Shown piece by piece: positions 38,617 to 51,229 of a stretch of DNA of 64,000 bases. The stretch spans positions 190,092,001-190,156,000 of the forward strand of contig NW_027362762.1 of NCBI RefSeq assembly GCF_046119375.1, given 5' to 3'. The position numbers and the translations under genes are program-made. The DNA comes from Phyllobates terribilis. Its lineage: Eukaryota. Numbering within the stretch: the stretch's first letter is position 1; the number at the start of each line of letters is the position of its first letter. A model generated the notes under the pieces. It was not told the origin of the DNA. It saw only the letters and a list, made by a program, of their open reading frames with translations, and did no database searches.

Positions 38617-40096
38617 CCTAGAAGACAAAAATACATTTTTTATATGTAAATGGAAAACGGGAGACATTCCTGTATTCAGAATCTTGCTGGCAAACCGCAG
38701 ATTCCCAACTGTGTAATAACTGGAGAATAAAAAATGAATTTTTGTGCCGGCTCGCAGTGTTATCAGCAAATATTATTCTAAATGATTAATTATTAAACTA
38801 AGTGGGAATTCAAAATAGTCTGCAGACATAAAAGTACAAATCACTGAGCAAAAGCACCATATATTACATACAAAGCTTATAATCAGTGATTTGTAGTTTT
38901 ATGCCTATAGGCTATTCCGAATTTCCACTTGGTATTATAAGTGACCAATTATTAAACTGTTTGCCGACAACACGGAAAGACGGCCCATACTTTTATTGTC
39001 TATACTATATTTTTACATGTCTGGCGTCCATAAAATCAAATGTAAGATAAGCAGTTCCGACAATCAGAGGCAATTCTTCAAAGCAAGGTTGTTAATTACC
39101 CATTGAAGGAGAATCATTACAGAGAAAGAAGCAAGAGGTGTTGAGCTGTGCCCATGTGGAACGTCTACATCAGAAAGGCTTCTACCATCAAAAATCACCC
39201 TTGACTGTGGAATCTTCCCCTTTGTGAGCCTATCATTGTGGTTTCTCCTGCTGGAGCCCCTGGTGGTCACCAGAGGAAGCAGCTGAGATGTGCATGTTTC
39301 CCTGTAAAGTCAATTATTGCTAAACCTCCAGTCACCCTCTTTTGTAGGTCTCATTTCTGACTACTAGACCCCCCTCACATTTTATTACATGTACTATGCA
39401 AAAAAAGAAACAAATTAATTAAAAATTGCTACCAGTCTTCACTTTAAAACTTGCATGTATTGCAATACATGGCAAACTGTCCAATACGGGTCAGTGTCAA
39501 TCTCAACATCAGTCTCCCTGTCCTCACCTGAATCCAAATCAAAGTTGTATTTTGATTTGATCAGAATTGAGCTAAAATTCACATTTAGGTGAGAACTGGA
39601 TAGACTGAAGTCTGAGCCAAAAGGAAGTTGGCTGTTGGGATTGACAGTGAAAGGCAATGAGCAGCTTGCAATGTATACATTACATGCAGCAGCAGAAGTA
39701 AAACATCACCAGGTATTACCACATATATGGTACAGCTGCTCTCTGGTGCAATAGTAAAGGGGCTATGGTGTTCTTGGAAGTCAGTGAGGGTCAGACCTAA
39801 GTTGAGGCCATTAATAAAGATTGCAAAATTCATAGGGAACCCCTTTAAAAAGGTTTGGCCATCAGAAGGACATATGGACATTGTAAGCACAAACCATCAA
39901 TTTACATTCCAGGAATTTACTTTTTAATAGGAAACCAATGGGGCTACTAGCGTTCGGAATAAAGCTGTCTATACATGCAATACTGATATTTTGAGACGCT
40001 TGTTTCTATTTTTACTTGTGTAGCTCACAATAATAAAGTATCCAAACAGGTAAGGTAAGGTCCAAGGACCCACAGAACTGATTTTCACATACTTAA

Positions 40097-43000
40097 AATA
40101 ATAATATAATAATAATAGTTTTTATTTTTATAGCGCCAGCATATTCCGCAGCACTTTACAAGTTTTAGCGGGGACATATACAGAGAATACAGAATAAGCA
40201 TATCTCATATCGAAAGGAGTGAGGGCCCTGCTCGCAAGCTTACAGTCTATGAGGAAATGGGGGAGACACAAAAAGTAAAAAGTACATATATTGTATAATG
40301 CAGCCTTGATATACTAAATAGGATAAATAATAATACATGGACTGGTCGCCTGCCAGTATGTGTACAGTCCTGACAGAGGCTATTAAGTGCATGGTTGGTA
40401 TGAACCTGAAGTTGAAGAAGACTTTAATATGGGGGAAAACTGGGACGGACAGAGTGTGTTTAGGCGATACGCCAGTCTAAAGAAATGTGTTTTTAGGGTT
40501 CGCTTGAAACTGTGGGTATTGGGAATTAATCGAACTGTCCTGGGTAGTGCATTCCAAAGAATTGGCGCAGCACGCGAGAAATCTTGGAGACGGGAGTGGT
40601 AAGTTCGGATTATGGAGGATTTTAGTTTTAAGTCATTTGCAGAACGGAGGGCCCGTGTAGGGTGGTAGACTGAGACAAGAGAGGCGATGTAGGGGGGTAC
40701 TGAAGCATGGAGCGCTTTGTGGGTAAGCGTGATAAGTTTAAATTGAACTCTATATTGGATGGGCAACCAATGCAATGACTGGCACAGGGAAGAGGCATCG
40801 GTGTAGCGATTGGCGAGGAATATGATCCTGGCTGCTGCGTTAAGGACGGATTGGAGAGGGGAGAGTTTAGTAAGAGGGAGACCGATTAGTAGAGCGTTGC
40901 AATAGTCAAGGCGAGAATGAATAAGAGCAACAGTAAGAGTTTTTGCCGAATCAAAGGTGAGAAAAGTCCTGATTCTTGATATGTTTTTGAGGTGTAGATG
41001 ACATGAACGAGCGAGTGATTTGATGTGAGGAGTGAAAGAAAGATCTGAATCAAAAATGACCCCAAGACAGCGGGCTTGTTGCTGGGGAGTAATGGTTGAG
41101 CCACAAACGGAAATGGCAATATCGGGCACAGGTAGGTTAGTGGAGGGAGGAAATACGAGTAGTTCAGTTTTTGACAGATTCAGTTTTAGGCAGAGGGAGG
41201 ACATGATGTTAGACACAGCAGAAAGACAATCACTGGTCTTTTGTAGTAATGCAGGGGTGATGTCCGGAGCAGAGGTGTATAATTGGGTGTCATCAGCATA
41301 GAGATGGTACTGAAAACCGAATCTGCTGATTGTTTGTCCAATAGGAGCGGTGTATAAGGAGAAAAGAAGGGGGCCTAGAACTGATCCTTGGGGAACCCCG
41401 ACAGTAAGGGGAAGGAGAGAGGAGGAGGAGCCGGCAAAAGACAGAGAGAAGGAGCGGTCAGAGAGATAGGAGGAGAACAGTGTCCTTGAGGACAATAGTG
41501 CAGAGTATAGTGAGGAGGAGCTGGTGATCCACAGTGTCGAATGCTGCAGAGAGATCCAGGAGAATCAGCAGGGAGTAGTGACCATTAGATTTAGCTGTTA
41601 GTAAATCATTAGAGACTTTAGTGAGGGCAGTTTCAGTAGAATGTAAAGAGCGGAAACCAGATTGTAAAGGGTCAAGAAGAGAGTTGTCTGAGAGATAGCG
41701 GATTAGGAATGGACCAGGCGTTCCAGGAGTTTAGAGATAAAGGGAAGATTGGAAACAGGTCTGTAGTTGGCCGTGCAGTTCTGGTCAAGGGATGTTTTTT
41801 TAAGTAATGGTTGTATGCTGGCGTGTTTAAAAGAAGAGGGAAAGATACCAGATGAGAGGGAAAGGTTGAAAATTTTAGTTAGGCGAGTGGTGACAGCTGG
41901 AGCAAGAGACTGAAGGAGATGTGAGGGAATAGGGTCACTGGTGCAGGTTGTAGGGCGAGAAGATGCAAGGAGCCTGATCACTTCATCTTCCATGACTGGT
42001 TCGAAGTCAGAAAGTGAGCAAGATACAATGTGGCGGGGGAGAGCATGCATAACATTTGGGGATTGGGAGAAAATTTCCTGTCGGATATGGTCAATTTTTT
42101 CTTTGAAATAATTGGCCAGATCGTCAGCGCTGAGGTTGGTGGTCAGGGCCTGTGTTGCTTGATTGAGGAGAGAATGAAACGTGTCAAAAAGTCGTTAAGG
42201 ATTATTGGAAATTGAGATGATGAGATTGTTAAAGTAGGTTTGTTTGGAGAGGTGAAGGGCAGAGTTATATGATTTCAGCATAAATTTATAATGGAGGAAA
42301 TCTTCGGGCAGATTTGATTTTCTCCTCAGCCGTTCAGCACACCTGGAGTACCTCTGGAGAAGACGTGTTTGAGGCGTGTGCCAGGGTTGTCGCCGTCTAT
42401 GCTGAATTTTTCTTTGTGTAGGAGGTGCGGCTTCATCCAGGGCGCATAGAATTATTTTGCTATAATGCTTCAATGCAGAGTCGGGACATGAGAGGGAGGA
42501 GATTGGGGCCAATGATGATTGCAACCTCTTTATAAATTTCTGGGTGTTAATGGCGCGTAAATTTCTATAAGTGTGGACGGTGGGAGTGTCTTGAGTAGAG
42601 TCACAGTTCTTGACAGAGAATGAAAGAAGATTATGGTCAAAGAGTGGAAGGGGAGAGTTAGTAAAGTAATGTACTGAGCAAAGCCGGGAGAAGATCAGGT
42701 CCAATGTGTTCCCGTCTTCATGTGTAGGAGAATTAGCAAGCTGTGAAAGGCCAAAGGAGGAGGTTAGTGATAAAAGATGCGTGGCAGATGGGGAAAGAAA
42801 ATCGCCAATTGGGATGTTAAAATCTCCCATGATTATCGTGGGGATGTCGCAGGATAGACAATTTGGAAGCCAGGCAGCAAAGTGATCCAGGAATTGACGG
42901 GGGGAGACCTGGCGGGCGATAGACAACCGCCACCCGCAGGGAAAAGGGCCGGTAGAATCTGACTGTGTGGGCCTCAAAAGACGGGAAGATAAGGGAGGGT

Positions 43001-43640
43001 AGGGGGGATAACCTGAAAAGTACGTTTTGTTGAAAGAAGCAGACCAACACCTCCCCCTGATCTGTTGTCAGGTCGCGGGGTATGAGTGAAATGTAGGCCA
43101 CCATAGGAGAGAGCTGCAGCGGCGGTGGTGTCCGACTGCTGGATCCAGGTTTCAGTGAGAGCCAGAAAGTTGAGGGAATTAGAGAGGAAAAAGTCATGGA
43201 TGTAAGAGAGTTTATTACAAGCTGAGCGCGCATTCCAAAGGGCACAGTTGAATGAGACAGAAGATATGCAGGGAATATTAATGAGATTAGCAGGGTTTCT
43301 GAATGTAACAGGGAAAGAGTTAGTGTTATTATTACTGGAGGGTCCTGGGTTGGGAGAAATATCACCTGCGACTAATAGAAGGAAGATACAGAGAGTGAGC
43401 CGATGGTTGAGTGATTTGTGAGAGCGTTTCCTGTGTTGTATGGTGGGAATGAATGGATCTGCGTGGTATAACATTGTGAAGAGATCATGACAGCTGTACA
43501 TAGGAGGAGAGAGGGGTTAATATGGATGAAGTGTGCCGAATTTGTGGGAGAACGGTGAATGTGGATGATTGTAGCAGCCAGAATATAAATGGCACAGATA
43601 CAAATGGTGAATACTGTTTGCCAAAAAGATGTCCTGGAAG
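40097..43640 (-). mobile_element. Near full-length L2-clade LINE (2A-like motif, APE endonuclease, RT), with frameshifts
   Basis: GDISPNPGP; LWNARS..LTETW; THEDGNTLDL; NYRPVSNL; [10 protein letters not shown]; LYADDTQL; L2 3' stem-loop tail with AAT repeats near 40100-40160. Confidence 0.93.
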
Positions 43641-44618
43641 CAAATTTGTTTAATTGTCTTGCAAGTCTTACCTGTCTCCTGCCCTGTCCAACTGCCATTT
43701 TCTAACTTAAAAGGGGTTGTTTGGTCACAAGATGTCGATGATATTATTTACTACTGTCACAACAGCCACAACACATGGATCAAAATCCAATCACATACTA
43801 CTGCACTCCGCAACAAAATTATAGCTTTTTTTTTTTGAAGGGAAGGAAGTAAAAAGTCAATAAATCATATGTAAACCGATAAAAAGAACAACTTATACCA
43901 TAGAAATCAAGCTCTGGTATAGCTATGTCAGAGGGGAAAAAAAAGAATTGGCTCTCGAAATGCCCTTTTCCCCCCATAAAACATTTTAAATGTCAAAAAG
44001 TAAAAAAATCCTACACATTCAGTATCACAGCATTCATACTGACCTATAAAGTAATGTTAACTTGATATTATATATTTTACGGTAAATGTGATAATATATA
44101 CAAAAAACAGCAGAATTGTTTGAAAAAAACAACTTATTTCTAAAAAAAACAAGCCCTCATACCTCTATAGTGATGGGAATATTATTAAAAAAAAATTACT
44201 TAGGTCATTAATCAGACAGGGCTGGTAAAAACAGTGGACCTTTCACTGGATTGTTTTTTTATTTAAAGCGAGTACCTCCTCAGTTTCTTGAATGTTTTTT
44301 CTTTTTCTTCTGCGCCCTCTATTCCAAAGTTACACCCTCCACTGATAAATGATCCCTTCAATCAACCGGGCGTGTAGCACAGACTTTCTCTGCGGGAGCA
44401 GCCTTGTTTTGATTGATTATTCTCCTGATGCTGGCCACTCCTAAAGAGAAGATCTGCGGCCAGTAGGTTTCAGGAGAAAATATACAACTTTATTTCTGAA
44501 GGGCATAACTTTGGAATAGTGCGGACAGAAGAAAAACTGTTCCAGAATCCGTGGAGCAGCAGCAATTAAAGGTGCGCAGTTTAAATAAAAAAAAAAAGCT
44601 GCGCGAGGCCCTCTTTAA

Positions 44619-45048
44619 AGGGAATCCGTCACTAGGGCTTTGCCATCCAATCTGAGAGCGGTGTAACGCAGGGGCAGAGACCCTGATTCTGTGTCACGTA
44701 TTGGGCTGCTTAGTGTAATTTTGATAAAATCACTATTATAAGCAGGAGATTATCATCAGCAGACTAGAGCCATGTAATCCTCCATACTAATGAGTTGTGT
44801 ATAACCCCGCCCCCACACCACTGATTGGCAGTTTTCTGCCTATGCAGTGTACACAGAAAGCTGCCAATCAGTGATGTAGATGGGGTTATACAGAGCTCAG
44901 CAGAGAATTGCTAGATCTGCAGCAGATAACACAGGGATTTTATCAAAACTGCAGCAAGCAGTCCAGTAAGTAACACATAGCCGGAATCAGGGTCTCTATC
45001 CCTGCATCATGCTGCTCCCAGATGGGGTAGAAAAAAAACAGATTCCCT
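44619..45048. mobile_element. T2/Kolobok MITE, in tandem with another TTAA element (~44267-44614)
   Basis: TTAA-AGGGAATC ... GATTCCCT-TTAA; shares a TTAA with its neighbour. Confidence 0.75.
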
Positions 45049-45379
45049 TTAAAGGGATGAACATCACTGGCCAGTGATCATAAGATGCATTATCCTGCTG
45101 TTATCAGTCAGTTTTCTCCCGGCAGCACCAGGAATGTGGAACGCTACGTGTGCACGATTACATACACACCAGTGTGCTATCAGCCTGATTGTGATGCGGT
45201 ACCGCAGTGATCAGACACTGCTCAGGGCTCCCCATCTGCTCTACTGAGCACCACAGCCGCCACGAATGGCTGCTTCCAGAGAACAATAGAATGCCGGCTA
45301 TCGCACAGCACATAACGCGGATCCTTGCGCACTCTGCTGATGGGAGCCCGTGCTGAGCTCCTACAATGGAGCAGGAAGC

Positions 45380-45965
45380 AGCCATATTGCTCACTCAACC
45401 CAACCGAGAAAACGCATTACTGTGAATGACGGTCATCAGTGACTGAGGCGACAGCCGCCGTCATACAAAGGCCCATGTAGCGGAGCACAGCTCACTCCCG
45501 CCCCGCATCACCGTCGGCAGCAGTCACCTGTAGCTGGGGCCTCCGCCTGTCACCGGTCTCCAGGAAACGCCACCACTTCCGGTAGGAATGTGACCGGGGC
45601 GGAGCCACCATGACGACTACAGCCTTAGAGATGGCGTCGCTCACGGATTAGTTCAGCGTAATGACGTAAATTTTCTGCGCATCACATCTGATTGGCTCAT
45701 TCTGTAGGTGACGTAGAGTCTGATGATTGGTCAACATCGTAACGCAGTTGCCCTAGTGCAAGGCTTTGTTCCCGTCCCCCGTCCCCCGCTGCTGTGTTGT
45801 AATCACCGGCCGCTTTAGCGCTCCAAGGGCCGTTTTACAGTGTTGGAAACGTAACGCCGTAATCAAAACTTCCCGCTCTTTTCTGTCAACGTGACGTCAG
45901 GTGTGCGCCGAACCAATAGCAGCCGGCATTGCTCAGGGAAGCTCACCCAAGCGTGAGGTAAAAAC
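45380..45965. promoter_or_regulatory. Bidirectional CpG-island promoter of ORMDL2(-) and SARNP(+)
   Basis: ETS CACTTCCGG 45574; GC box 45596; CCAAT boxes 45691, 45726, 45913; CRE TGACGTCA 45892; YY1-like AACATGGCGG at the SARNP start; candidate ORMDL2 exon-1 donors at 45527 or 45394 (minus strand). Confidence 0.75.
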
Positions 45966-45998
45966 ATGGCGGACATCGTAGACATTCACAAGCTGAAG
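45966..45998 (+). CDS. SARNP: SAP domain-containing ribonucleoprotein (CIP29), exon 1
   Basis: MADIVDIHKLK|GTAAGA. Confidence 0.9.
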
Positions 45999-46352
45999 GT
46001 AAGAATGGAAGAGCGAGTGAAGGAGGCGACGGCGGAAGCGGCTTCTTCTAGGGGATAATGTCGTGTGCGCAGTCCGGGGCTGGCACAGGAGTGACTGCTG
46101 CACTGACTGCCGCACAGGCGCTGCTCTACTGCGGTAACGGACGTTATTCAATTCAGTGTGAAATGTGTCCTGTACAAAATATAAACGAAATGTCCCGAAT
46201 CACGAGTTTCCCTCATTCCAACCCCACAGAGACACCAGGGGCCGCCTCCATGGGAAATTATGGTGGAAAGAGAAAGGTGTGAAAGCCACAAATAAAAATC
46301 TGGTTTATCAAAGGGTTAACCGGTCTGAGGGGCTCACAGACCAGGGGGATCT

Positions 46353-46594
46353 CACTGGATGGACGTGATGAATAGACGATTTGCAAATCATGTCACTTAA
46401 AAATGATGATGTCTGTGCTGGCCATTAGGGGGCGCCCTTATACCTGACTCGCTGCCTGTTGTCTGGTGAAATCCACTGGATGGACGTGATGAATAGACGA
46501 TTTGCAAATCATGTCACTTAAAAATGATGATGTCTGTGCTGGCCATTAGGGGGCGCCCTTATACCTGACTCGCTGCCTGTTGTCTGGTGAAATC
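46353..46594. repeat. Perfect 121-bp tandem duplication, each copy with a CTCF-like site
   Basis: 46353-46473 is identical to 46474-46594; TGGCCATTAGGGGGCGCC at 46419 and 46540. Confidence 0.9.
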
Positions 46595-46804
46595 CATCTC
46601 TACCTGCAGTGACAATACAGGAAGTGAGGATGGGTCTCTGTTGGTCTTCTCATGTCTGTTACACTGCATACAACCATAACAGAGAGGCCATGGCATGAGC
46701 AATGCATGCTGGGAAGTACGTTCAAGCACTTGCAGTGCTGGAGGAATATTCATTAAGAGGAACCACTTAAAGATAGCTTGCCAGAACGATTTTGTAAAGA
46801 CAAG

Positions 46805-47160
46805 GCTGTAATATTGACTAAATTGATACCTTTGGTGAAGAAATTCGCTTTCTCGTTCTTCTCTAATCACCATTTGAAGTTTTCAGCTAGTTGGGTTTCG
46901 GTGAACAGGGGCCGGACTGTACACGGGGTCTTCTCCTCCCTGTCTGTGATTCCCCGGCCTCTCCACCTGCCTCCGGTCACTGCTGAAATGTCTCACAGAG
47001 GAGGCTGATCATTCACAGACAGGGAGGAGAAGACCCCGTGTACAGTCCGGCCCCTGTGCACCAACATCTAATTAGCTGAAAACTTCAAATGGTGATTAAA
47101 GAACAACAAAGCGGATTTCTTCACCAAAGGTATCAATTTAGTCAGTATTGCAGCGCCATT
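46805..47160. mobile_element. Palindromic MITE with ~150-bp arms
   Basis: ACTAAATTGATACCTTTGGTGAAGAAAT..CAGGGGCCGGACTGTACACGGGGTCTTCTCCTCCCTGTCTGTGA and its reverse complement. Confidence 0.75.
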
Positions 47161-47184
47161 ACAGTCATGTCTTTACATTGCAAC

Positions 47185-47305
47185 ATGTTCACGCTGAACT
47201 TTCTTATCACCTCTCATCTAACTCTCTCTTCGACAAGCGGCAATCTGGCTTCCGTCCCCACCATTCCACCGAAACTGCCCTGACCAAAATTACTAATGAC
47301 ATTAT
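47185..47305 (+). mobile_element. L2 RT fragment
   Basis: Reads [38 protein letters not shown]. Confidence 0.7.
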
Positions 47306-47483
47306 AAAATCGTGCTAACGGGTTCTCTTTAATTGAGTGAGTGGATGTCAAGTAACAGAGTATGAGAATTGGAGCAGTTCCTGGGCATTGTAAACTGGTA
47401 TGTGCGCCAAAAGCTGCACCCCAAGCGATCAGTCACTGATCACCTACAATGTCGAGGTTTTGATTGAAGGAGAAATCATTTAA

Positions 47484-47761
47484 AGGGGCTGTCTACTGGT
47501 CGGGCCACCCTGTCTCAGTCAGCATGTTTGCACCAGTAAAATAACGCTTACACTTCCAGCGGTGTCTGCTTTCGCTCTCACGGGGCTCACAAGAGATTGT
47601 CATGTGAGCGCTGGCTTCCCTCTCCCAACTTTCAGACATTAACCGGAAGTGACCATCCAGCCGCAGCTCTGACTTCCTCTTGATGTCTGATTCGTCTGAA
47701 GGCTGGGAGAGGGAAGCCAGCGCTGATTGGGACGGGGTTGTTGGAGTAATGAATATCCCCT
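47484..47761. mobile_element. T2/Kolobok MITE
   Basis: TTAA-AGGGG ... CCCCT-TTAA. Confidence 0.7.
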
Positions 47762-48404
47762 TTAAAAGGCTTTATTCTCCACTGTTTTAAAAATAAAAAA
47801 ATGATGGGACTGTTATGGCCGTTCTAAAACGTTATATAGTGTACAAGCAAAACAATTGCAATTAAAGAGTAACCAAATCTCTGCTGAGTTTTTAATATTC
47901 TAGAACCCTTATAAATACAAGCAAATAGGTGGCTGTCCTGGGTCTGAGACCTCCATCGATTGCTCAGACCACCCTCACCTTTTCCCCAAGAGGTGCGCAT
48001 CTCAGTAGAGCGGAGCAGACAGCTGGCTACTGCCTTAACACTCACAGACTGGAGTGCTGTTTCAAGAGAAAAGCGTAAGCTATGAACTCTGTTTTTCATT
48101 GAATCTGTTCCCCGCTATGGGTGCGCGCTTTGCAGGCAAGAGCTATGCCCTCCTATCTGCTTAGCTGGACATCTCTCCAGTGGGTAAAAGAGGGGGTCAT
48201 GAGCAAACAATGGGAGTCTGAAAAACGGATCACCACTGATTTGCAGGTATTTATATGGGCACTGTAATATGAAAAACAAAGGTTTAATTACTCTTTAATG
48301 AAACTATTACATCCCCATGAGACTGGTCAAACCATCCTAGTTTAGTAATCTAAGTAGAGTAATACTTTGTTCTCTTCTCACAGTTGTTTTTGTTCTTTTT
48401 GCAG

Positions 48405-48504
48405 TTAGCAGAGCTAAAGCAGGAATGCCTCGCCCGTGGTTTGGAGGTGAAGGGTAACAAGAGTGACCTGGTGAACAGACTTCAAGCGTATATAGACGAA
48501 CACG
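48405..48504 (+). CDS. SARNP: SARNP exon 2 (SAP domain)
   Basis: 100 nt; LAELKQECLARGLEVKGNKSDLVNRLQAYIDEH. Confidence 0.95.
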
Positions 48505-48975
48505 GTTGGCTAAAGCTCAAGTTTTAACTTTTCACTGACCTTACTAAAGGTGTATTCCAATCTTTATAAATGGATATTGTTGGATAGTGCTTGTAAGTAC
48601 AAGCAATTCACCTCTTATTTACATTTTCAGCCGTTCTTGAGATATTAACATTTCATCTGTTTATAGCTCATTGGCTTGGATGCTGCCAACTACTGCAAGA
48701 CAGCAGAGCATACACAGTGCTTACAAGATATTCTCTATTAGGGTTGTAAGCACTGTTTTGAAGCAAGGTAGGATCCTTGGAGTGTGCTGTTACCAGCTTC
48801 AGTACAGTGCTTTCAAGCTAGACAGCAGTGTTCGGCCTTCTAGGCAATGAGATGTAAATTTATGAAGTGACAATCCCTTCTCAAATACCATGTTCCTCCC
48901 CTATTAAATTAATAACATCTATGCTCGTCTGTGGCACCATTGTTTTTACAAGCAGTATCCGACATTACCCATCTA

Positions 48976-49714
48976 CGAGGGTCAGTCAATAAGTAATGCC
49001 TCCTATTTTTTTTCTCCTTTTAATTGGCAAGAAATTCAAATGAAATTACATAGGTTGAAAACCACAACATTAACGATTAATTTGTCACTTTTCAACATAA
49101 TCTCCATCCATTTCCACAGTCTTGGTCCACCATTTAACAAGGGCATGTATTCCAGCATGGTAAAAAGCATTCTTGGGACCCACCGTGCACAAGCTTTTCT
49201 GTATCCCAGTTGTCCAATAATTTTCATCACACTGCCTTTACTGAGGCAGATAATGCCACACAATTCATCTGCAGTCACCCGGCGGTCACCACGAATGATG
49301 TCATCGACTCGCTGAATGTTGCTTGGAGTCACTGCGGTTACTGACCTGCCATTCCGCATTTTGTCAGTCAACGGTGATGGCCCTTCAGCTGTGTTACAGC
49401 AACGAACCCATCGTCTAACAGTACTGACATCCACTGTTGCATCACCGTACACATTTTTCAGTCTCTCATGAATTCGAATGGGCGTTTCACCTTCTGCTTG
49501 CAAGAATTCAATCACAGAACATTGTCTAATACGAACATTGATGTCAGCCATTTTGCAAATGGATACAGTCCTGCCACCTGTTGGTGCAGGAAGTTGCAAT
49601 TGCTGTGGATTGGAGAAGAAGGTTTGAGGAATTGTGCCAAATTTGAATATTTAACATAACTACCTTATTTAAGGAGAAAAAAAATAGGAGGCATTACTTA
49701 TTGACTGACCCTCG
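48976..49714 (-). mobile_element. Internally deleted mariner element
   Basis: TA flanks; 44-bp perfect TIRs; ORF 49599-49036 has HTH region and WVPRML, joined out of frame to the C-terminal FYHAGIHALV..DGDYVEK* segment. Confidence 0.92.
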
Positions 49715-50304
49715 TATGAAGAAGGGAATAACCCTTTAATTATTTTATTAGGAAACTAGATGCAATTTTTACACAATACATTATAATTGTACATCTTTTT
49801 TAAACCATTATTTTATTACTTTTCTTGTATATCTGAAATGAAACATAATGCAACTTAACAAATAATCTTGACTTGAAAATGTTCCTTACTATAGTGCATG
49901 TTTTGTATGTAGTCTGTAACTATGGAGACACATAGATCTGCTTAGGCGATTGATACAGAAAATAGGTGTGACTAATTGCAAAGTAATGTTTTGGTTTTTT
50001 TTTTGCAATAATAACACAAAATGGTTTTCAAATGTCTGTATGTGCGTTTCCCATGGGTTTTATTCTGTTGCAACATGGAATTGTATACTCTTTGGAATAG
50101 ACCTGTTTGTCCATGTGATTTTTATAACATAAGGTTACATAGTTATTAAAATGGTTTTCTGGGAATATAAATAACTAAAGGAAATGTCATTAGAAATAAA
50201 CTCATAAATACCTTTTACTTATGAAATCACACCCATTTAGTGTAGAGAATTGACATGGCTACTGTCTTGTTACACTGACAGAAACTTGTCCTAGAATGTT
50301 AATA

Positions 50305-50539
50305 GGACTGGTGCCTATAAGCATGTGAGGTAAATGGCTCCCTGCCCTTTCTACATGTGTAGGAAGATGTGCTCCCATGGGATATTCTGATCTAATACTG
50401 GAGATACCAGGGGTGCTGGGGTAAGAAGAGGCTGTTCACACTGCTGTCTACCCTGTGTATCTGATCTAATACTGGAGATACCAGGGGTGTCGAGGTAAGA
50501 AGAGGCTGCTCACACTGCTGTCCACCCTGTCTTTCTGAA
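50305..50539. repeat. Second copy of the 70-74-bp-unit dispersed repeat
   Basis: Two units at 50392 and 50466; leader homologous to ~9680-9760. Confidence 0.8.
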
Positions 50540-50719
50540 TGCTGAGCAGATGCTGTGATGTAGAGATAGCTGGCAGTATGTGCTGTAAGTCAAAGCAGCG
50601 GAGCTCCTACTGCCCATGCTCACAGGCACAGGTCCTAGTATATTAGGACAGATTTCTGTCGACGATGTAAGGGCTCATGCAGTTGAGGGTATAAATTGGA
50701 CGTTTGCTGTCTTTCATAG

Positions 50720-51228
50720 GATGGGGGATATTCGGGAGAAATCTTGGAGGCTATTGGGTGAGGAACGAATAAGTGTGGAGGAGAGAAGGAGGTCTTGGGA
50801 GGACCGGAGATTGCGTAAGGGAATGTAATGGGACATTAGTTCAGAGATGTGCGGAGGAGAGAGGTTATAGATGGCTTTGTAGGTCAGTGTTAGTAGTTTG
50901 AACTGGATACGCTGGGCAATTGGGAGTCAGTGAAGGGATTTACAAAGGGGGGTAGCAGAGGAGTAGCGAGGAGAGAGATGAACTAGTCGCGCAGCAGAGT
51001 TAAGGATGGACTGGAGGGGTGCGAGAGTGTTAGCAGGTAGGCCACAGAGGAGGATGTGTGCAGTAGTCGAGGCCGGAGATGATGAGGGCGTGCACAAGCA
51101 GTTTAGTAGATTGAGGGTTGAGGAAAGGACGGATTCTGGAAATATTTTTGAGCTGGAGGCGACAGGAGGTGGCGAGAGCTTGGACGTGGGGTTTGAAGGG
51201 CAGGGCAGAGTCAAGGGTTACTCCGAGC
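50720..51228 (-). mobile_element. L2 RT 3' fragment
   Basis: [41 protein letters not shown]. Confidence 0.8.
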
Positions 51229-51229
51229 A

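Noticed and set aside
38617-38769. N-terminal extension of ORMDL2 suggested by the ORF track
   Set aside because: It lies in the intron, upstream of a clear acceptor 1 nt before the ATG
46403-46448. Box C (ATGATGA) and box D (CTGA) suggesting a snoRNA
   Set aside because: Spacing only ~45 nt, no terminal stem or guide complementarity
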